From an uncultured Alcaligenaceae bacterium (GTDB taxonomy: Bacteria; Planctomycetota; Planctomycetia; Gemmatales; Gemmataceae), in the NCBI GenBank assembly GCA_964423615.1, contig CAYRFQ010000011.1, positions 84,548-148,547 on the forward strand: 64,000 nt of DNA. The letters run 5' to 3'. A program made the position numbers and the translations under genes. This document shows, in pieces, positions 61,701 through 64,000 of the stretch. Below the pieces are notes generated by a model that saw nothing but the letters and a program-made list of their open reading frames with translations, had not been told where the DNA came from and searched no databases. Numbering within the stretch: the stretch's first letter is position 1; the number at the start of each line of letters is the position of its first letter.

Positions 61701-62009
61701 AAGCAACAAACCAGCGAAGTCGCGGCCGCTGCCAAGGATAGCACTATCGCCAAGAAAATGGCGTGGATGCAAGCCAACCTCACGGTAGCTGAAGCACGGA
61801 AGAAAAATCCCCAATTGACGGATATGGAACTTGCACTGAAGGCCAAGGAAGAAACTTTGAGAGATCGCACGATTCATCTTTCGAACCCTGATTATGTCAT
61901 CGTTCGATTGGTCTACTACGGGCGGGATCTTGTGAATTCGTTACGGAGGTTGGTTCCGACGTTTCGACCGGGACCGGAACCGCGGCGACCGTTCGAGCCA
62001 GGAAGATAG
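58764..62009 (+). CDS. P1B-type heavy-metal-translocating ATPase fused to C-terminal HflK-like SPFH (band 7) domain
   Basis: The TM metal site is ACPCGL (CPC). The phosphorylation site is FDKTGTLT, the hinge is VGDGINDAPAL, and the TM8-like segment is HQFGSFAVLVNSMRLL. No N-terminal HMA/CxxC domain is present. The His-rich N-terminus reads MHREISHIDEVFHPEH. After an extra TM helix (ITLLCVGLLSVGVYFL), ~300 aa align with HflK. The aligned segments are IGIAQRFGKVVDELKPGLHYRWPWPIESV..., LHYRVSDPKSFLFEV..., ...LRDLHPPPEVVPAYIKLSKTLEINEKK. Confidence 0.85.
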   Translation: MHREISHIDEVFHPEHNYTLYLMTIVMGLLIGADLWLMFAGWPVGWTNTVSLGPLLGEWRIGLIAALLGAARILYTSLESLSEGRLGADIALGIACIAAILLGEPLVAAEIVFIGLFGECLESFTFERTQTAIRQLVEIQPRRCWLLKDGQEVRVFTDQIEVGDKVVVKPGARIPADGKVVEGQSAVDASTITGESLPVDKGPGDQVLAGSLNQFGALTIDCERVSDQTVIGRVVKLTSEALKNKAGIERLADQMARYFLPVVLGLALLTFFGGLVYYGTTWFRGAEAATIDWKVTFRMATYPSLAVLVVACPCGLILATPAAVIAALGRLAGTGVLLKSGGALERLATVSGFAFDKTGTLTEGKLHLGDVVGLHGTEENQLLWLAATAEQRSEHPIAQVILTEAKNRNISFTEIQDFQAHPGAGVSARTSEGDLVVGNRRLMEDRGIHIGPEVEEALEKFDETGQTTLLVAQDNQIRGVIGARDELRDDAFSVLQQLRELGILDLALLTGDRKAVANTIATRLEIANVHAEVLPAQKAEIVGQMKRSAEERVKSQAETKKLFAAPAEGRVAMVGDGINDAPALATADVGLAIGSGTDVAAEAGDIVFMGDPLKPLPLLVKLSRETVSIIRQNILIFAFAVNLVGIVVTAWLWPILWPLFKELVGWQDWEVESTTSGVIAAVVYHQFGSFAVLVNSMRLLWFERTGEGTVIGRIRSGFQGVDQWIEKYLNVGEAIHIIAHQWRITLLCVGLLSVGVYFLSGFTQINADEIGIAQRFGKVVDELKPGLHYRWPWPIESVARIKPDAIRTVTLGYRVTDEKGTPKSFSWSAKHAEQQRIPEESQTITGDGYFIELQVALHYRVSDPKSFLFEVRDPEEVIRAALEATLREIALQKSVPQMLTEQREKLEEQALAEVTRRCLAYGPSGVGVEFESLALRDLHPPPEVVPAYIKLSKTLEINEKKMIRAKTESQRAIAQAQADKQQTSEVAAAAKDSTIAKKMAWMQANLTVAEARKKNPQLTDMELALKAKEETLRDRTIHLSNPDYVIVRLVYYGRDLVNSLRRLVPTFRPGPEPRRPFEPGR

Positions 62010-62632
62010 TGAGTTGTTGTGTTGACTTGGCTCTCGGGCAACTTTTCAGGGATAGAAACTTTCGTCCTTCTCGTTCCTCAATCCTTCTGGCCCAAGCGAT
62101 GAGATCAACCCGCGGTCTTCTTTTGGTGGTACGCTCTGAATGAAGTGATGCGAGTGGGTTTCACAGAACTTCGAAGAGTTTTTTTGTACGTGGCCACTTT
62201 GTGAAAAATGGGCATGGTGCTAAATCCTATCCCATGATGAGGCAGGGCCTTCGCATTAAAAGTTACCTGCCTTGCGATTAATTCTTCGAGATTCCCATTG
62301 GCATGAGTTTTCTCGAGCCGAAACCAAGCGTAAAATGCCGAGCCTCAAAAACTCGATGGAGAACAACCTGGCGAGTTTCGTTGAATCCCGAATCGTATTT
62401 GAGACACACATCATAGCAAAAGCAGTTTTCCGCGAGAAAGACCCCGCTTGTTACTTTGTTTCCCCAGCTTCATGCAAGCTGGGGAAAGTTTGATGCGTAG
62501 GCCCTGCATGATGAGGAGATGCGCACCATGCTGATTGTTGACTTCAGAAGCGCTGGAAAATGCATCGATTGGCGCCACTTTTCGAAAACTTTGGTAGACG
62601 AGGATAGCAGGCGATCGCGTTGCCACAAACCA

Positions 62633-63676
62633 TTACTCCGCGTGGTTAAGAAAATTAATCAACATCCGCAACTTGCCAAGGTTGCGTTTGTTGAAGTGAA
62701 ATCGGAGCCGGGGGAGTTCCGCAATTTCTGGTTCGTTGGCCTCGGCGGGTAAGGCGTTGGTGACCTCAAATTGACCAGACATGAGGATATCGGAGAATCT
62801 CTGGTTCAATATTTCGATTTGCGCTGCCGTCGGCCTTTCGGTCAATCGGAGTACCAGATCGTCTTCAACGAAACGCATGCTGTGATAGATGCGATAAAAC
62901 GAGAGAACCTCTGTAACTGCTTCGTCGACGGAGTCGGTCACTTTGAATAGGGCCAGATCCTCTTCCGAAATCATCCCACGAGCCAACAACATCTCCTTGA
63001 GGTACTCCTGAAATCGGATCCAGAAGTCGTCACCTGGCGGCGCCACCATGACGATCGGCATGAGGTGGCTTTTTCCCGTTTGGACCAAGGTAAGCGTCTC
63101 GAAGCCCTCATCGAGAGTTCCGAAGCCGCCGGGGAACAAAACGACCGCGTCGGATTCTTTCACGAACAGGAGTTTGCGTGTAAAAAAGTATTTAAAGTGC
63201 ATCAACTTGGAATCGTTGACAATGATGGGGTTGGCGTTCTGTTCGAAGGGCAGCAAGATGTTGACTCCGATGCTGGCTTCACGTCCCGCTCCGACATGTC
63301 CAGCTTCCATGATCCCGTTGGCCGCTCCGGTGATGACCATGAATCCGGCTTTGGCCATTCGCTTTCCGAATTCTATCGCTTGGACGGAGGCAGGGTGGTC
63401 GAGAGGCAGTCGTGCCGAACCAAAGATGCTTACTTTCCGGCGATCGGCGTATCTCGCAAAGACTTTGAAGGCGTATCGAAGTTCTTTCAGTGCCGTGCTC
63501 AAGAGTTTCACGTCTCCGCGTCCGGCGTTGTCTTTGAGCAACTTGTCGGCTGTTTCCTTGATTTGCTGGGCGAAGAATACTGGTGATCGGAAGTTGGGTT
63601 CGGTGGAAGTATCTTCTCCTGCATCAGACATCTGATAAAAGTGATTATTTTCAGGTTGGGGGGGCAGATTGCTCAT
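62633..63676 (-). CDS. LOG-family (lysine-decarboxylase-like / cytokinin riboside 5'-monophosphate phosphoribohydrolase) protein with C-terminal extension
   Basis: LOG motifs VSIFGSARL..., GFMVITGAANGIMEAG and VVLFPGGFGTLDEGFETLTLVQTG are present. About 110 aa follow the LOG core. Confidence 0.7.
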   Translation of the reverse strand: MSNLPPQPENNHFYQMSDAGEDTSTEPNFRSPVFFAQQIKETADKLLKDNAGRGDVKLLSTALKELRYAFKVFARYADRRKVSIFGSARLPLDHPASVQAIEFGKRMAKAGFMVITGAANGIMEAGHVGAGREASIGVNILLPFEQNANPIIVNDSKLMHFKYFFTRKLLFVKESDAVVLFPGGFGTLDEGFETLTLVQTGKSHLMPIVMVAPPGDDFWIRFQEYLKEMLLARGMISEEDLALFKVTDSVDEAVTEVLSFYRIYHSMRFVEDDLVLRLTERPTAAQIEILNQRFSDILMSGQFEVTNALPAEANEPEIAELPRLRFHFNKRNLGKLRMLINFLNHAE

Positions 63677-64000
63677 TGGAGTTCCTCGCCGACAGGTGCG
63701 ACCATGCGAATCGCGAAGGACGGTAGAAAGAAAATCATTATAGACGGAAAAAGGAAAGATTTGCGACGAGTGTTCTGAATGTTCTTGCGGACTGAGTTAC
63801 CGAGACGCAGTTGAATCCGAAAATTGGAAAAGAGGCTTTGACCCCCGACCATCGATACGTCCGATGTTTTGCGTCGCTTTGTGGGATCACGAACGCCAGT
63901 GCCCATGGAAAGGCTGTGTGTCGGTCCTCGATTCTGTCAGACCTGGGGTGCATCGCCTTGTTTGCGATTTTGCCCGGCTAGGCCGCCATCGTCGTTTGCT

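Noticed and set aside
1-64000. Scan for tRNA (GGTTCGAATCC-type TψC arms), rRNA and CRISPR arrays
   Set aside because: No tRNA-like TψC/acceptor pattern, no rRNA-like conserved blocks, and no regularly spaced direct repeats with spacers were seen by eye. The three-copy ~130-nt repeat is dispersed over 27 kb, not arrayed, so it is not a CRISPR.

Overview
This 64-kb window is high-GC, gene-dense bacterial chromosome with Planctomycetes-like content: secreted WD40 β-propeller proteins, PSCyt1-type cytochrome domains, a sulfatase, giant glycosyltransferases, and long N-terminal ORF extensions that look spurious. I support about 40 protein-coding genes from the ORF track. No tRNA, rRNA or CRISPR array was detected by eye.

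Recognisable blocks:
- A fatty-acid-CoA ligase and redox/secreted genes.
- A regulatory island (FHA-GAF histidine kinase, extended ECF sigma factor, Mce-OmpA protein, PSCyt1-copper-monooxygenase plus redoxin) bracketed by two convergent WD40 paralogs sharing a C-terminal module.
- purQ, gshB, a class III adenylate cyclase, a 2-hydroxyacid dehydrogenase, an S15 peptidase.
- uvrD/pcrA divergent from acpS.
- A minus-strand LPS-core operon: GT4, Kdo/WaaP kinase, tandem double kinase, GT9 heptosyltransferase, hldE, DHS-like unknown, lpxK.
- A giant tandem-GT4 glycosyltransferase plus sugar epimerase.
- Sulfatase, ftsH, queD, a LOG-family gene.

Most unusual observations:
1. A ~130-nt structured repeat present in three same-orientation intergenic copies.
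2. A P1B-type metal ATPase fused at its C-terminus to an HflK-like SPFH domain, about 4 kb from ftsH.
3. An α/β-hydrolase-like domain fused to a PEP-utilising (rifampin-phosphotransferase-like) kinase.

All calls rest on motif and architecture reading of the supplied translations. No database searches were run.
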